Shown: piece by piece, positions 1 to 12,271 of the stretch
Layout: every line of letters starts with the position of its first letter
How positions within the stretch are numbered: the stretch's first letter is position 1
DNA from: Chiloscyllium plagiosum
Lineage: Eukaryota
Direction: 5' to 3'
Length of the DNA stretch: 64,000 bases
Assembly: GCF_004010195.1 (NCBI RefSeq)
Contig: NC_057719.1
Coordinates: 4,495,464-4,559,463 of the forward strand
Notes under the pieces: model-generated
What the model saw: only the letters and a program-made list of their open reading frames with translations
Database searches by the model: none
Told to the model about the DNA's origin: nothing
Position numbers and translations under genes: made by a program

Positions 1-2308
1 CAGGGGATGGGGACAATTAAAATGTGGAAATGTGGAGCTGGTTTGAGGAACGGATATGGTGGTATTTGATAGGTATGTCCCTGTCAGGCAGGGAGGAAGT
101 GCCAAGGTAAGGGAACCATGGTAAAGAAATTGTATCGCTTGTTAAGCAAAGGCTTATATGACGTGAGACTGGATGGTTCAGATGAGGCGATGGAGAGTTG
201 CAGATGAGCTAGAAAGGATTTAAAACAAGAGTGAAGAGGAGCAAGGAGAGGACCTGAGCAGTCTTTAGTAGGTAGAACAAAGGAAAACCCTAAAGCTTTC
301 TATAGCTTTGTGAGGAATAAAAAGATAACTAGGATAGGAATAGGGCCAGTCAAAGACAGAAGTGGGAAGGTATGTGTGGACCCTGTGGAGATCAGACAGG
401 CACTAAAAGATGATTTCTCATCGGTTTTCACTCTGGAAAAGGAGAATGTTGTAGAGGAGAAGACGGAGATACGGGCAATTAAACAGGAAAGGGTTGACGT
501 TAGTAAGGAGGAGGTGTTATCAATTCTAGAAGGTGTGAAAGTAGATAAGTCCCCTGGTCTGGATGGGATTTATCAGAGGATTCTCTGGGAAGCTAGTGAG
601 GAGATGGTGGAGCCTTCGGCCTTGATCTTTGAGTCGTTATTGTCTACAGGTTTAGTACCAGAGGATTGCAAATGTTGTGCCCTTGTTCAAGAAGGGCAGC
701 AGAGATGAACCAGGTAATTATAGACCAGTGAGCCTTACTTCTGTTGTAGGAAAAGGTTTGGAAAGGATTCAAACAAATAGGATCTATAATCATCCAGGAA
801 GCAACAATTTGATTGGAGATCGTCAACATGGTTTTGTCAAGGGTAGGTCGTGTCTCACAAACCTCATTGGACTTTTTTGAGAAGGTGACCAAGCATGTGG
901 GTGAGGGTCAGGCAGTTGATGTGCTGTACATGGACTTCAGTAAAGCCTTTGTTAAAATTCCACATGGTAGGCTTTTGGAGAAAATGCAGAGGCATGGAAT
1001 GGAGGGTGATTTAGCAGTTTGGATTAGAAACCGGCTTTCTGTAAGAAGGCAGCGAGTGGTGGCTGATGGAAAATATTCAGCCTGGAGTCCGGTTACTAGT
1101 GGTGTACCATAAGGATCGGTTTTGGGACCACTGCTGTTTGTCATTTTTATAAATGACTTGGACGCAGACATAGGTGGACAGTTTAGTAAGTTTCGAGGTA
1201 AAAACAATGACTGCAGATGCTGGAAACCAGATTCTGGATCAGTGGTGCTGGTGGAAGAGCACAGCAATTCAGGCAGCATCCGAGGACAGGCAAAATCGAC
1301 GTTTCGGGCAAAAGCCCTTCATCAGGAATAAAGCTTTATTCCTGATGAAGGGCTTTTGCCCGAAATGTCGATTTTGCCTGTCCTCGGATGCTGCCTGAAT
1401 TGCTGTGCTCTTCCAGCACCACTGATCCAGAGTTTAGTAAGTTTGCAGATGACACTAAAGTCGGTGGAGTGGTGGACAGTATGGAAGGATGTTGCAGGTC
1501 TAAGGGGGACTAGGATAAACTGCAGAATTGGGCTGAGAGGTGGCAAATGGAGTTCAAATGTAGATAAACGGGAAGTGGTTCACTTTGGGAAGAATAACAG
1601 GAAGGCAGAATACTGGGTCAATAGAAAGATTCTTGATAGTGTGGATGTGCAGAGGGATCTTGGTGTCCATGTACATAGATCCCTGAAAGTTGCCACCCAG
1701 GTGCTGTTAAGACGTCAAACAGTGTATTAGGTTTTATTGGTGGAGGGATTGAGTTCTGGAGCCATGACGTCATGCTGCAACTGTACAAAACACTAGTGCA
1801 GCCTCACGTGAAATATTGTGTACAGGAAGGATGTGGAAAAATGTGCAGAGGAGATTTACCAGGATGTTGCTTAGTCTGGAGCAAAGATCTTATGAGGAAA
1901 AGCTGAGGGACTTAGCTTTCTTCTCTCTAATGAGAATAGACCCAAGAGGGGATTTAATAGAGACATACAAGATGATCAGAGGATTAGATAGGGTGGACAG
2001 TGAGAGTCTTTTTCCTAGGATGACGACGACATCAGCTTGTACGAGGGGGCACAGCTGCAAATTGAGTGGTGCTAGATTTAAGACAGATGTCAGAGGCAGG
2101 TTCTTTACGCAGAGAGTGGTAAGGACGTGGAATGCCCTGCCTGATACTGTAGTTAGCTCAGCCACATTAGGGGCATTTAAACAGTTCTTGGATAAGCATA
2201 TGGATGACGATGGGATAGTGTAGGGGGATGGGTTTAGATTAGTTCACAGGGTGGTGCAACATCGAGGGCTGAAAGGCCTGTTCTGCGCTGTATTGTTCTT
2301 GTTCTATG
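1..2308 (+). mobile_element. CR1-clade LINE, ORF2 (RT) and 3' end, disrupted
   Basis: KSPGLDGI, PLFKKG..PGNYRPVSLTSVVGK, QHGF, YMDFSKAF, GPLLFVIFINDL and FADD motifs with frameshifts; ttcta-type tail. Confidence 0.95.
1194..1430. mobile_element. Palindromic Penelope-derived insert with hammerhead cores
   Basis: 14-bp TSD agtttagtaagttt (1180-1193, 1431-1444); about 98-bp inverted arms centred at 1332/1333; CTGATGA-A-GGGC-TTTT-GCCC-GAAA-(C/T)GTC on both strands. Confidence 0.85.
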
Positions 2309-2439
2309 AATAGGAAGCCCACTGGGAGTTAAGAACTCAAATTCCACAATAAGTTGTGAAGGATATTAGTGGAATAAGATGTTAATTTAAAACAATCCAG
2401 CAGCTTTTATAGTTACTTATTCCATTGCCAAACTATTAC

Positions 2440-3845
2440 AATCTTTCTTGAACAAGGCTATAAGTTTTGGAAGGACACTGCCAGCAATTACAGGGTGTAA
2501 AACTTGTAGAAATCATTCAGGATAGAATTAGAAGTCATGTGAAAAAAGGATTGACTAGGAAAAGTCAGCACAGATTTCTAAAAGAAAAATAGTGATTAAC
2601 TAACTTCTGGATTTCTTTTGAAGAGGTAACAGAAAGACTCGATCACGGTAATGCTATTGATGTGGTGAACTTGGATTTTCAGAAGGCATTTCATATAGTA
2701 CCACACAGACTTGTGAAAAAAAGATTTAGGTCATGACGAGAAAGGAACAGTAGCAATGTGGAAATAAAATAGGCTGGAAGGATCGGAAACAGAGTAACAG
2801 GCAATGAATTATCAGGCTTGAAGGAGGTTTGTTATGGAGTTCCCAAGGGTTGTTATTGAGGCCCAAGCCTTTCTTGATATATATACTAATGATCTGGATC
2901 TTGCTGTGTAGGGGACAATTTCAAAGTTTGCAGGTAACACTAACCTTGGAAGAATGTTATACATTGAGGACGACAGCATGGAACTCTAAAGTTCAATGCA
3001 GAAAAGATGCACTTTGGTCAGAAGAATATTGAGAGATAATATAAAATAAGGAGTACAATTCTAAAACAGGTGCAGGAGCAGAGGCAGCTAGATGGCAGGG
3101 CGGGTGGAGACAGTTAGTAATCATAGTGTTCTCAGTTTTATTAATAGTGGCATAGAGTACAACACATTGTAGGTGGTTGAACTTGTACTGAACACTTGTA
3201 ACACCTAGCTTAGAAAAGATGTGATTCCATTGGAGAGAGTGCAGTAATGATTTATTAGAATGGTTCCAGGATTAAGAGACTTCTGTAATGAGGATAGTCC
3301 GAAGAACTTGGGACTGTCCTTGGAGAGAAGGCAATTCAGAGGAGATATGATAGAGGTTTACAAAATCATGAATAGGCTGGACAGAATAGATACAAGAAAC
3401 TGTTTCCACTCAAAGGAAACAAGTATAACATGGCATAGATTTATAGTGATGTGCAAACAACACAAGGCAAAATGTGACAGGAACAAGTCAGACAGCAAGT
3501 AGTTAGAGTATGGAATGCTCAGCCTGGAGATGCGGAAGAAGCAGATATTAGAGAGGACATTGGATGATTATTTGGATAGACATGATGTGCAAGGATATGC
3601 AGAAAATGTAGAAAGTTAAAAATCACGCAACACCAGGTTATAATGGTGCTCCGAAAGCTAGTGTGCTTCCAATTAAACCTGTTGGACTATAACCTGGTGT
3701 CGTGTGATTTTTAACTTTGTACACACCAGTCCAACACCGGCATCTCCAAAATCGAGAAAATGTAGGAGATTGACACTCAGTAATAGAAATGGTATAGGCA
3801 TAATGGGCCAAATGGCCATCTTCTGCACTGTAATAACTCTGAAAA
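2440..3845 (+). mobile_element. Old CR1 fragment (RT to 3' UTR)
   Basis: Degenerate QHGF/LDFQKAF and RGDMIEVYKIM segments plus a CR1-type 3' tail. Confidence 0.8.
3612..3754 (+). mobile_element. Short Penelope-derived insert with inverted end
   Basis: 11-bp TSD agaaaatgtag (3601-3611, 3755-3765); inverted aaagttaaaaatcac..caccaggttata arms; hammerhead 3' half GCTCC-GAAAGCTAGTG. Confidence 0.75.
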
Positions 3846-4473
3846 TCTGATTAATAAACTGGATTCCATAACTTGCTAGGAATGGACATTGAATTCAAAA
3901 CCTTTACAAAACCTAGTACAGTGGCATAACCACTACAAGAACAACATTCTTCACCCATAGCTAAGGAAGGACTCTCTCTCACATCTCATTAATCGTACAT
4001 GAGATAATAGCTCAATTGTATCCAAATCTCACCAATGCTAGGATTCATTTGTGGATAAGCTGGAAAAATTATCTTCAAATTTCTTTCCAGCTCTTGGATA
4101 TTTATGATCACAAATCTACACAGTTCTGATCTGCTCAGGATGTTGCTAAAATTCTGAAAAGCCAATTGAAAACTCCAATCGAGGCACACTTTTAAACACA
4201 ACTCACCCTGCTCATGCCTTTTTGCAAATTTTAGGAAATCTACAAAGCCCACTGCCTGACCAAAATCCAATACAAGTGCTGGAAGATTTTTTTCTGCTAT
4301 GAGAGTACAAATATTACGATTTAATTTAAGGTAATTCACAAAATGGCACATTCCAAGGTTTGGAAAGGATACACATATTTACTAGAAGCTTAAAAAAGAA
4401 TGAGGAAATTTAGTTATGTGGAGAGACTGGAGAAGTTGGGATTACCCTTCTTACAGAGAACCTTAAGGTAATA

Positions 4474-4748
4474 TTAGATTACATTACATTACATTACAGT
4501 GTGGAAACAGCGCAACCCACCCATACCCCTACATTTACCCCTTACCTAACACTACGGGCAATTTAGCATGGCCAATTCACCTTACCTGCACATCTTTGGA
4601 CTGTGGGAGGAAACCGGAGCACCCGGAGGAAACCCACACAGACACGGGGAGAACGTGCAAACTCCACACAGTCAGTTGCCTGAGGCGGGAATTGAACCCG
4701 GGTCTCTGGCGCTGTGAGGCAACAGTGCTAACCACTGTGCCACCGTGC
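4474..4748 (-). mobile_element. HE1-type tRNA-derived SINE
   Basis: A box TGGCACAGTGG, B box GGTTCAATTCC, conserved TGTGTGGAGTTTGCAC core and (tgtaa)n tail. Confidence 0.9.
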
Positions 4749-4929
4749 AACTCACAAAACATTGTGACAGATTAAGTTTGCAATGTGGCAACCTTCCTAA
4801 GAAACACATTCCAAGAAACTATGGTGACAAGAGTTCCAATATTTCAGCACTGTAAATGATACCATCAACATTTCCAGTTGCCACTTAAAGCTAGATTTTA
4901 TAAATGCTGTTTGACAACACAATACATAC

Positions 4930-4999
4930 CTATTACAGAAGAGTTCATCCTCTGGCTCGGACACACTGACGTAGCGTTCTGAACCATCCCCTGGAGGCT
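4930..4999 (-). CDS. ANGEL1: ANGEL1 coding exon 8
   Basis: Acceptor ctccattcag| and donor AG|GTATGT; 70 nt, phase 1-2, open (EPPGDGSERYVSVSEPEDELFCN). The C-terminal VDYIF/SDH exons were not found in the window. Confidence 0.75.
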
Positions 5000-5343
5000 C
5001 TGAATGGAGATAGCAATAAGATTGTTTCTCAGTTTGCCAATGGCCTCACTAGTAAACTCCATCACAAAACAAATTGGAGAGGAACTGTAAAGAATTGTCC
5101 AACCTGATCCACACATGGCCACTCACATGGATTAGAGAGACAATACCCAGAACAGATAATTGAGCATCGCCTTTTCAATTGAACAGGCCCCCACTCCATC
5201 CCTACCTCTCAGACAAACACAAAGACACACACACAGCCATGCATCTTTGCTGTTCCCTCCCATCTCCACATTAATGTCAGGAACAGAGTTTCACTATTAG
5301 GGGAGTGTTAACAGATTAGACTTGAACATCAGCCCTACTGTAC

Positions 5344-5454
5344 CTGGTTTTGCATCAGTTACACCTTCAATGAAGACAAGATTCTCTGGACGTTCAAGAG
5401 CTGGTGTGGAATATTGAAGCTGAAGGAGAAACTCACGACCATATCTGCGTTTTC
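5344..5454 (-). CDS. ANGEL1: ANGEL1 coding exon 7 (eIF4E-binding motif)
   Basis: Acceptor ttctcatttag| and donor CAG|GTACAG; 111 nt. Encodes GKRRYGREFLLQLQYSTPALERPENLVFIEGVTDAKP. YGREFLL supports ANGEL1 over ANGEL2. Confidence 0.93.
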
Positions 5455-6120
5455 CTAAATGAGAAAACAAAACCAGATACCAGGCACTGCAAACATATCA
5501 CTTGAGTAGTGAAACTTGGCAGAAAGCCGCAAAGTGTGAGACATATAGGACACATTGAATTTCCAAATTTGGCAGTAAACAGATATTGAGCACAGCCTAC
5601 AAGACAACAGAGAATTTCCAACCTGATCTTGTACTCGTTCTTTTAACAGTCTGCTACAGAGCAAGAAAGAAGATCATAAACCAAATCCATCCAATAGAGC
5701 AAAACCAATCAAAATAATGAAATGAAAACACCTTAAATCCAAACGACAAAAGCATAATGGTGGTAATCAAATTGGTTAAACTCCAAAACTTTCACACAGT
5801 TGTACAAATTAACAATTTCATTTCCTCAAAACTTGTTAAATGTCCATTAAATTGCAACAATAATTGTGAAAAGGTTGGGAAAATGCATGGCTTTGCAAAG
5901 CTTGGGTTTTATTTCTATTATTTTGCATTTTCATAAAGTGTACTCACTGTAAAATGTAGAAATATAGAACATTCTCAACATTAAGTTACACATTAAACAG
6001 CAAGAGAAAAGAAAAATTCTTATTTAAGGAAGTTTGACTTCAGAATATGTTTCTTACTGGAGTTCATTCAGACAAAATGGATTCGACAGAACTGTGCCCT
6101 CAGTGTAATGTTGTAAAGTT

Positions 6121-6486
6121 CATAGAATCATAGAATACAATTGCAGACTCCCTCCAGGATGGAAGCAGCCCATTCGGATTATCAAATTCATAGTGACCCT
6201 CCGAAGCGATCCAGATCTACCTCCCCTCCCTATCCCCGTAACTTTGTATTTTCTATGGCTAATCTACCTAATGTACATATCCCTCGATACAATGGGCAAT
6301 TTTGCATGGCCAATCCACCAAACCTGCACATTGTTGGACCGAGGGGAAACTGGACCACCAGGAGGGAACCCACGCAGACATGGGAGGAATATGCAAACTC
6401 CACACAGACAGTTGCCAAAGGGTGGAAATGAACCCGGGTGTCTGGTGCTTTGAGGCAGCAGTGCTAGTGACGGCCACCGTACCACC
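6121..6486 (-). mobile_element. HE1-type SINE (older)
   Basis: Same core as the other copies; CR1-like tail. Confidence 0.85.
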
Positions 6487-6754
6487 TTATTCAGTGTGTG
6501 ACCTATGCTGAATGTACTATTTAAAGGTTTGGAGGCAACCAATCTATAATGTTCTGCCACACCCTAAATTCAAACATCACAAAACAGGACTTGTGTCAAA
6601 TTAGCCTGGTTTTACATCGCACACTACATTCCAAAAGAGGTCAGCACCATGATGAGGCCTCAAGTGTGCAGAATAATTCAAATTAATAGTTGGCTATCTA
6701 CTTCAATAGGTCAGTTGTAACATTAAACAGTTAATTTACACCACAACTCCATTT

Positions 6755-7945
6755 ACCTGCTTTTACATTCTATAACCTTACTCATTAAAGATCTTGCAAA
6801 TTTCAAGAGATGCATAGCTTCTATCAGAACAGAATTTCAGTTTACAACTGTACTTTATATAAAGCAGTATTCCGGATTTTATTTCTGAATGGCCCGTCAT
6901 CTTACGACACTGTGCTCTTGTTCTGGACCCTCTCATTAGAGGTAATACTTTCTCTGTAACTATCTCTTCCTTTATCATCTTAAACACCTTCATGAGATCA
7001 CCACTCAACCTTTTAAATGCAAGAGAACACAAGCCAAATGTATACATGTCCTAATAATTTAACTCTTTCAACCCTGATATCATTCTGGCCAATTCTTATT
7101 GGACCATCTCCAAGACGAATATATCCTTTCTGAGGTCCAATACCCATAACTGAACTAAGTCAGATAGATGGATGACTGTCACGAGAGGTAGGAACATAGT
7201 GCAGGAGTGTGGCTATTCCTCTCTCAAACAGATATACATTTCGGCTACCTGTGGTTTGGGGTGGGGGGGGAAGAGAAATTGAGTAATCTCTCAGAAACCA
7301 GAAGTGGAAACCGATCTTGGGTACCAAGAATGAATTTTCTGTTGAGTGGAGTGTGTCAAGGTTCAAACGAGCAATTGTTTCAGGGACTCTCCAGTCAAAG
7401 ACACGGACAGCAGATTTTGCAGCATGACAGAGAATTCAGGATGGTATGTTACTTCCCTGGTGCCAGGGTCAAGGACACCTCAAAGTGGTTGCAGCATATT
7501 GTCAAAGGGGAATGTGAGAAGCCTGAAGCTGTTGCAAAGACACTGGTAAGAAAGGCATAGTTAGGTTCGAGACTTTGAGGTTCTGCTTTTTATACTCCTA
7601 CCTAATTTCCTATATTTGCTCTGCAAAAGATAGTAATATCTTGATTACTCCCAGTGTCAAGTGCTAGAGACAGTAGGAAGAAGAAGACCGGGAAGATAAA
7701 TCAATGCCCGAAGAGATGGTTCAGTGGGCAAGGACTCCAATTTTTGGATCATTCAGATCTCTTCTGGGGCAAAAAGACCTGTTCAAAAGAGACAGGTTTC
7801 ACTTGAACTGGAAGGGGACCAATATCCTGGCAGGGAGATTTTCTAGTTCTATTTGGGAGCCTTCCAAGTAGTCAGCAGGAAAGTGAGGAGCAAGTATGTA
7901 GAGAAATCTCAGATATATGTAAGAATAATAAGATTATGAAAGCAG
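6755..7945. mobile_element. Decayed CR1 fragments (minus-strand 3' end about 6755-7155; plus-strand ORF1 esterase remnant about 7330-7945)
   Basis: RLSGDLMKVFKMIK; MVCYFPGARVKD; degenerate GLHLNWKGTNILAGRF. Confidence 0.7.
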
Positions 7946-8115
7946 GCCTTTTGGCCCATCAAGTCCACACAGATCCTCCAAGGAGCATTAGAAAGCATGT
8001 AAAATGAAGCAGAGGATGACACAAAGTAGAAATTAAATGTACATGAGAGGCAAAGTTCCAGTTCTTGGATAAAAGTTCAGAACACACGGAGGAGATAAGC
8101 AAAATTGCAGCTAAC

Positions 8116-8242
8116 CTGTTCTCTTCTTTTCACACATATCAACATACTGACAACTGTCAGTTATCCTGAGTCTGCTTGGCCACAAAGGGCCATAGAGTTT
8201 CCTTGAACACATCTGGTAAGAACAGTCCTCCTGACTTGACAC
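8116..8242 (-). CDS. ANGEL1: ANGEL1 coding exon 6
   Basis: Acceptor ttttggcag| and donor CAG|GTTAG; 127 nt. Encodes VSSQEDCSYQMCSRKLYGPLWPSRLRITDSCQYV (Angel-family VSGQE...PLWP...I...CQY). Confidence 0.93.
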
Positions 8243-8356
8243 CTGCCAAAACATGAAATAGAACAGCTCAAAATGGTCACTGGTCTTTCTTGGAAACAGA
8301 CAGCAGGTTATTTAAAAAGAAAATCTAATTTCGGAAATTGGCCTAATGTAATTTAC

Positions 8357-8799
8357 CTTCCAGGTTGGCATTCCATAATAGTAGAGCTCTCCATTTTGGA
8401 TGAGTTTATACAGAGGAGATTCTGGGACAGAGTTCAGATCACCACAGAGAAGGATTGGACAGCGATTACCATCAGAACCTGCTGTGTGTATTAGTTGCTC
8501 AATTTCAGCAAATAACACAGCAAGTTGGGTGAGTTTAATATCACCCCGTCTGGGATTGAAAATCAGGTGAGTGTTTGCCACACAGATGTCAGGAAATTTT
8601 GAGTTTTCTTCGACACAGTCTGGCGTCAGGGGTCGGAGGAGAACCAGCAGCGCTACGTTATCTCTGTTCAACGTTTCCACAATGGGTCGAAAATACTCCA
8701 CAGGGTGTTCGGAAACCAGGGAGAACCGCTCCTTTTTGTAGCACACAGCACACCCATCCGTCTTGATACCAGTGCGTCGTTTATAAACGCACTCATAAC
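8357..8799 (-). CDS. ANGEL1: ANGEL1 coding exon 5
   Basis: Acceptor ttttctctgcag| and donor AAG|GTAAAT; 443 nt. Encodes YKRRTG.KTDGCAVCYK, ICVANTHLIFNPRRGDIKLTQLAVL and ILLCGDLNSVP. Confidence 0.97.
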
Positions 8800-10107
8800 C
8801 TGCAGAGAAAACAGTAAGACTAGCACTCGGGTAACCCATTCAGATTGTTCAGAAAAAAAAAGAACCATGGATGCTGAAAATCATAAACAAAAACAAAAAA
8901 CACAGAAGTTGCTCATAATTCATGGAAAGAGATAGTTCCACCAATTCAGTAGAGTGCTGTTTCTTGTTATGGTCTGTAAATGGAAGAACATCAAAATGGA
9001 ACCTGAAATGGATCCAGTGAAGAATTCAGCTGAGTTTTCCCAGCAATTTCCATTTTTGTTCCATTCTGTGTTCTTCCATTTACAGACAGTAACAAGAAAC
9101 AACACTCCACTGCATTTGTGGAACTCTCTCTTTCCATGAATCACAAGCACAGTGACTTTCAAGTTCAAGTTCATGTTTATGCTGAACAAATGAACTTGAT
9201 GTTTGGTCGTATATAATAAAAGTGGACAATTTATGAATGGGGAATTTCAAATAATGCCACTAAAAATAAATGTTTCATGGTATCCAAGTACACAATTGGT
9301 AATCATAAGGCGAGCTCCCGTTTCCTGTTAATCCAGACCTTTGCTCTCACCATTGCTAGCTCAATAACTTTCTCTGAGTTATTGCCGGTACAACTCCAGA
9401 AGGTCACAATTTATGATAATAAAATATTTACATTGCCCTATTGACATAGCTCAAAGTACTTCTGGTGCAATACAGAGAAGTATAGAAGTTAAAATGTACC
9501 AGAAAAACCCATTCAACAGCAATTGTGTTAATGATTAGGATATCTGAACTGAAAAACAGGAGGCCATTCAGCCCTTCCAGATCTGTCCTGCCATTCAGCT
9601 AGAATGGCTGATCTTTACAATAATTGCATCTACCCACCCTCGGTTTTTAATTTAGCAGATGTCTATCAATCTTAGTCTTGGGAATGGTTAGGTTGGTTGA
9701 AAAAAAATTGCTATTGTGAACACCGAAAGAAAACTCCACTCGCTTTCAAATCCTGCCATGGGATTTTTAATATCTAGCAGTTTGGAGTGCGAAATTGACC
9801 AGGGTGGTATTTTCTACTCTTGTTTCCCATTCAGTGGTCACTGCTGGAAAATGCACACATGTAGTTTTTTCAGAGAGGTATCCCAAGACAAACAACTTCA
9901 AAGCAGTCTCTACATTAATGTAAAGGTGATATACTGTAGATTCTGTCAGGAATACTGAGCATTTCCAACAGTTTCTATTGCTATCTCTCAACATTCTTTG
10001 CTGAGACTCAGACATGGAGACATTCCAGTAAAGTGAAAAGGAAACAAAAGGAAAAATAAATAAGTTAATGCTGACACTTCATCCCTCATTGTTTCTACAA
10101 CACTTAC

Positions 10108-10177
10108 CCTGCAGTTGGAGAGCTGGTCGAAACTGCTGATGGTAGTGATTCTCCTGAACTTCCTGGAGGCACAGAAT
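10108..10177 (-). CDS. ANGEL1: ANGEL1 coding exon 4
   Basis: Acceptor tttcag| and donor G|GTAAGT; 70 nt. Encodes ILCLQEVQENHYHQQFRPALQLQG, including the EEP metal-binding LQEV motif. Too short for the ORF track. Confidence 0.95.
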
Positions 10178-11396
10178 CTGAAACAGGATCCACAAGATGT
10201 CAGGCTGTCACGTCCTATTAGTACCTGGTTTGCACTTTAAAAATATTTATTTATATTTAGTTGGACACAGTAACTGCACAGAAATGAAAAGAAAATCATT
10301 TGATCTGGCAGTAAGTCATAGTCAGAATAAATGGCCAGGAATATAACCTAGCTCCAGTGTGAAATATTTAAGATCAGGTGTACAAATCAACTACAGACTT
10401 AAGTTCAGAAAAGGCTGCTTCAGAAAAGTTACACATTTCACACAGCAGGTAGTCTCATTCAGGTAGTATACCAAGGATTTGGATAAAGCTGACCAAATCA
10501 TTTAATTCAGAATCCTTTCAGTTCAAAAGGATTCCCTCATTTTATGCAGCGCAAGCATTAAGCCGTGTTTTGCAATGCTCTTATTTCTAACTAACAGTCA
10601 GAACATCAAGTCAAATACACTGTTCAGTGTGGGGAACTATGGCAACAGGTATGCTCACTGACACTGCTGATCGGGGAAAACAAGCCATCCAGTGAACCTT
10701 CAGGCAGGAGAATTAAGTTGATGAAAATCTCTCAACTGTCTGTACAAATTTTACAATTTAACCTGGATTCCCCACAGTGAGATTCAGCGTTGTTTTCTTT
10801 CCATTTTCTTGCCCAAAAAGTATCCGACTTTTGCTGTAACTTAGTGAGCAATTCTGCATATCAAAACACCCAATCATAGCAGATTGCAGGGTCGACAGGA
10901 TATTGATTTACGAGAACTCACTGACTAAATATTTACCATTCTTTTGTGAGGCAGACAGCAACCAATGGTTAGGCCATTTGATAGAGAATGTCATTTCTCT
11001 ATGGGATGTTGGCCCAATCATCTCCAGTTGTTTCAACAATGGCTTCCCTTCCACCATAAAAGGTCTAAAGTGGGGATGCTCATTGATAATTGCACCAAGT
11101 GCAGACCATTCCAAATTGCGGTTGAAAAGGTGGTGACTTTCTTGAATTCAACTCAATAGCCTGTGAGACCACTCCAGAGGATAGTAAGTAGTCAATAGCA
11201 TGAGCACGGGTTGGAATCATGTGGGTGGGAGGGACGACGAAAAAGTGGACTCAGGAAGATAATTTCCTTTCCTACAGAACACAATGGGTAGTACAACAAT
11301 CCAGTATTTTGAGAGCCACAATTATTCATATTGACTTTTTAAATCAGACATTTAATTAGTTTTAACAAAATGTTGGTTCATTTGGACTGTACTCAC

Positions 11397-11614
11397 ATCA
11401 GGTTGCCAGGTCTCAAACTCCTGCAGAATATTCTGAAATCGGAATTCCCATTTCAGGAACTCAGGCTGACAATGAGAGTACAAATCAGAATTTGTCTCCA
11501 AAAGGTCCTGTGACAGAATATTGTACGACATTATGGTAAACTCAAATGACTTGTTGTCATCATTGCCATCCACTTGGGATCTTGACAAATCCTCCCATAC
11601 TCTGGCAAGAAGAC
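11397..11614 (-). CDS. ANGEL1: ANGEL1 coding exon 3 (start of EEP/CCR4-type domain)
   Basis: Acceptor ccctatag|G and donor GAT|GTGAGT; 218 nt. Encodes RVWEDL...FEFTIMSYNILSQDLL...LYSHC...ILQEFETWQPD. Confidence 0.95.
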
Positions 11615-12271
11615 CTATAGGGAGAAAAAGATAAAAAAGAATACATAAGCAAATATTAATTAAGATAGGAGAGGTGTTTAAGAGTGAGCTGCTGTTTGTG
11701 GGCAGTTGGCCAGTTGTAATTTGTCACTTTGGGGTTTGAAGAGGGGGACTTTGTAATTGTCAACACATATCTCACTCAGTCTTAATTCCATAGTAGATTC
11801 ACACAGGCTGTGAATCAGATCTCCTTACTCTGCGTTACTCACAAGGAATTCATATCAGCTGGATAGACACAAGCACAGCAGAGATCTGGAAACAGTGGGT
11901 CACCCACTAGTCCTTCTGGCCAGAAATTGTACACAATAAGATCAAATGGTTGAAAAGCATCTTGCACTTGGATTTACTTTTCCAAATAGATATGCAATTT
12001 CTCTCTTCCACATTCAAGTTAAAATATTAGGCAACGACCATTTAAAACAAGCTCCATCTATTTTTCAACATTACCATCATTACATCATCTACTTCCTTAC
12101 AATTGACCAGTTTTTTCAGAGAGGTGTCTGCTGGGTGGGAAGTGCTTAAAAAATTTGAGAGTCTCTTCTTTCAACGTATACAAGAGGTGAAATATTTGAC
12201 TGACCAGGTCAGAGTTGTTTCAAAGGTTTTGTTTCAGCAAAATTCAAGGCCAGGCCAAACTTCTCTTATGC

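Noticed and set aside
310..2223. Reverse-transcriptase ORFs as a functional or domesticated gene
   Set aside because: Multiple stops, frameshifts and an insertion; ordinary dead CR1 copy. The same applies to the other CR1 ORFs.
4577..4762. Recurrent HGGTVVSTAASQRQRPGFNSRLRQL ORFs and tRNA-like heads
   Set aside because: These are HE1 SINE copies, not genes or functional tRNAs; no complete cloverleaf.
1..4929. ANGEL1 terminal exons (VDYIF, SDH motifs)
   Set aside because: Not found; the region is mostly LINE/SINE, so the exons presumably lie beyond the window start.
5455..5664. Possible extra ANGEL1 exon at the tandem acceptor tagcag (about 5651)
   Set aside because: Gives an immediate in-frame stop in the required phase; the acceptor at 5454 gives the conserved peptide.
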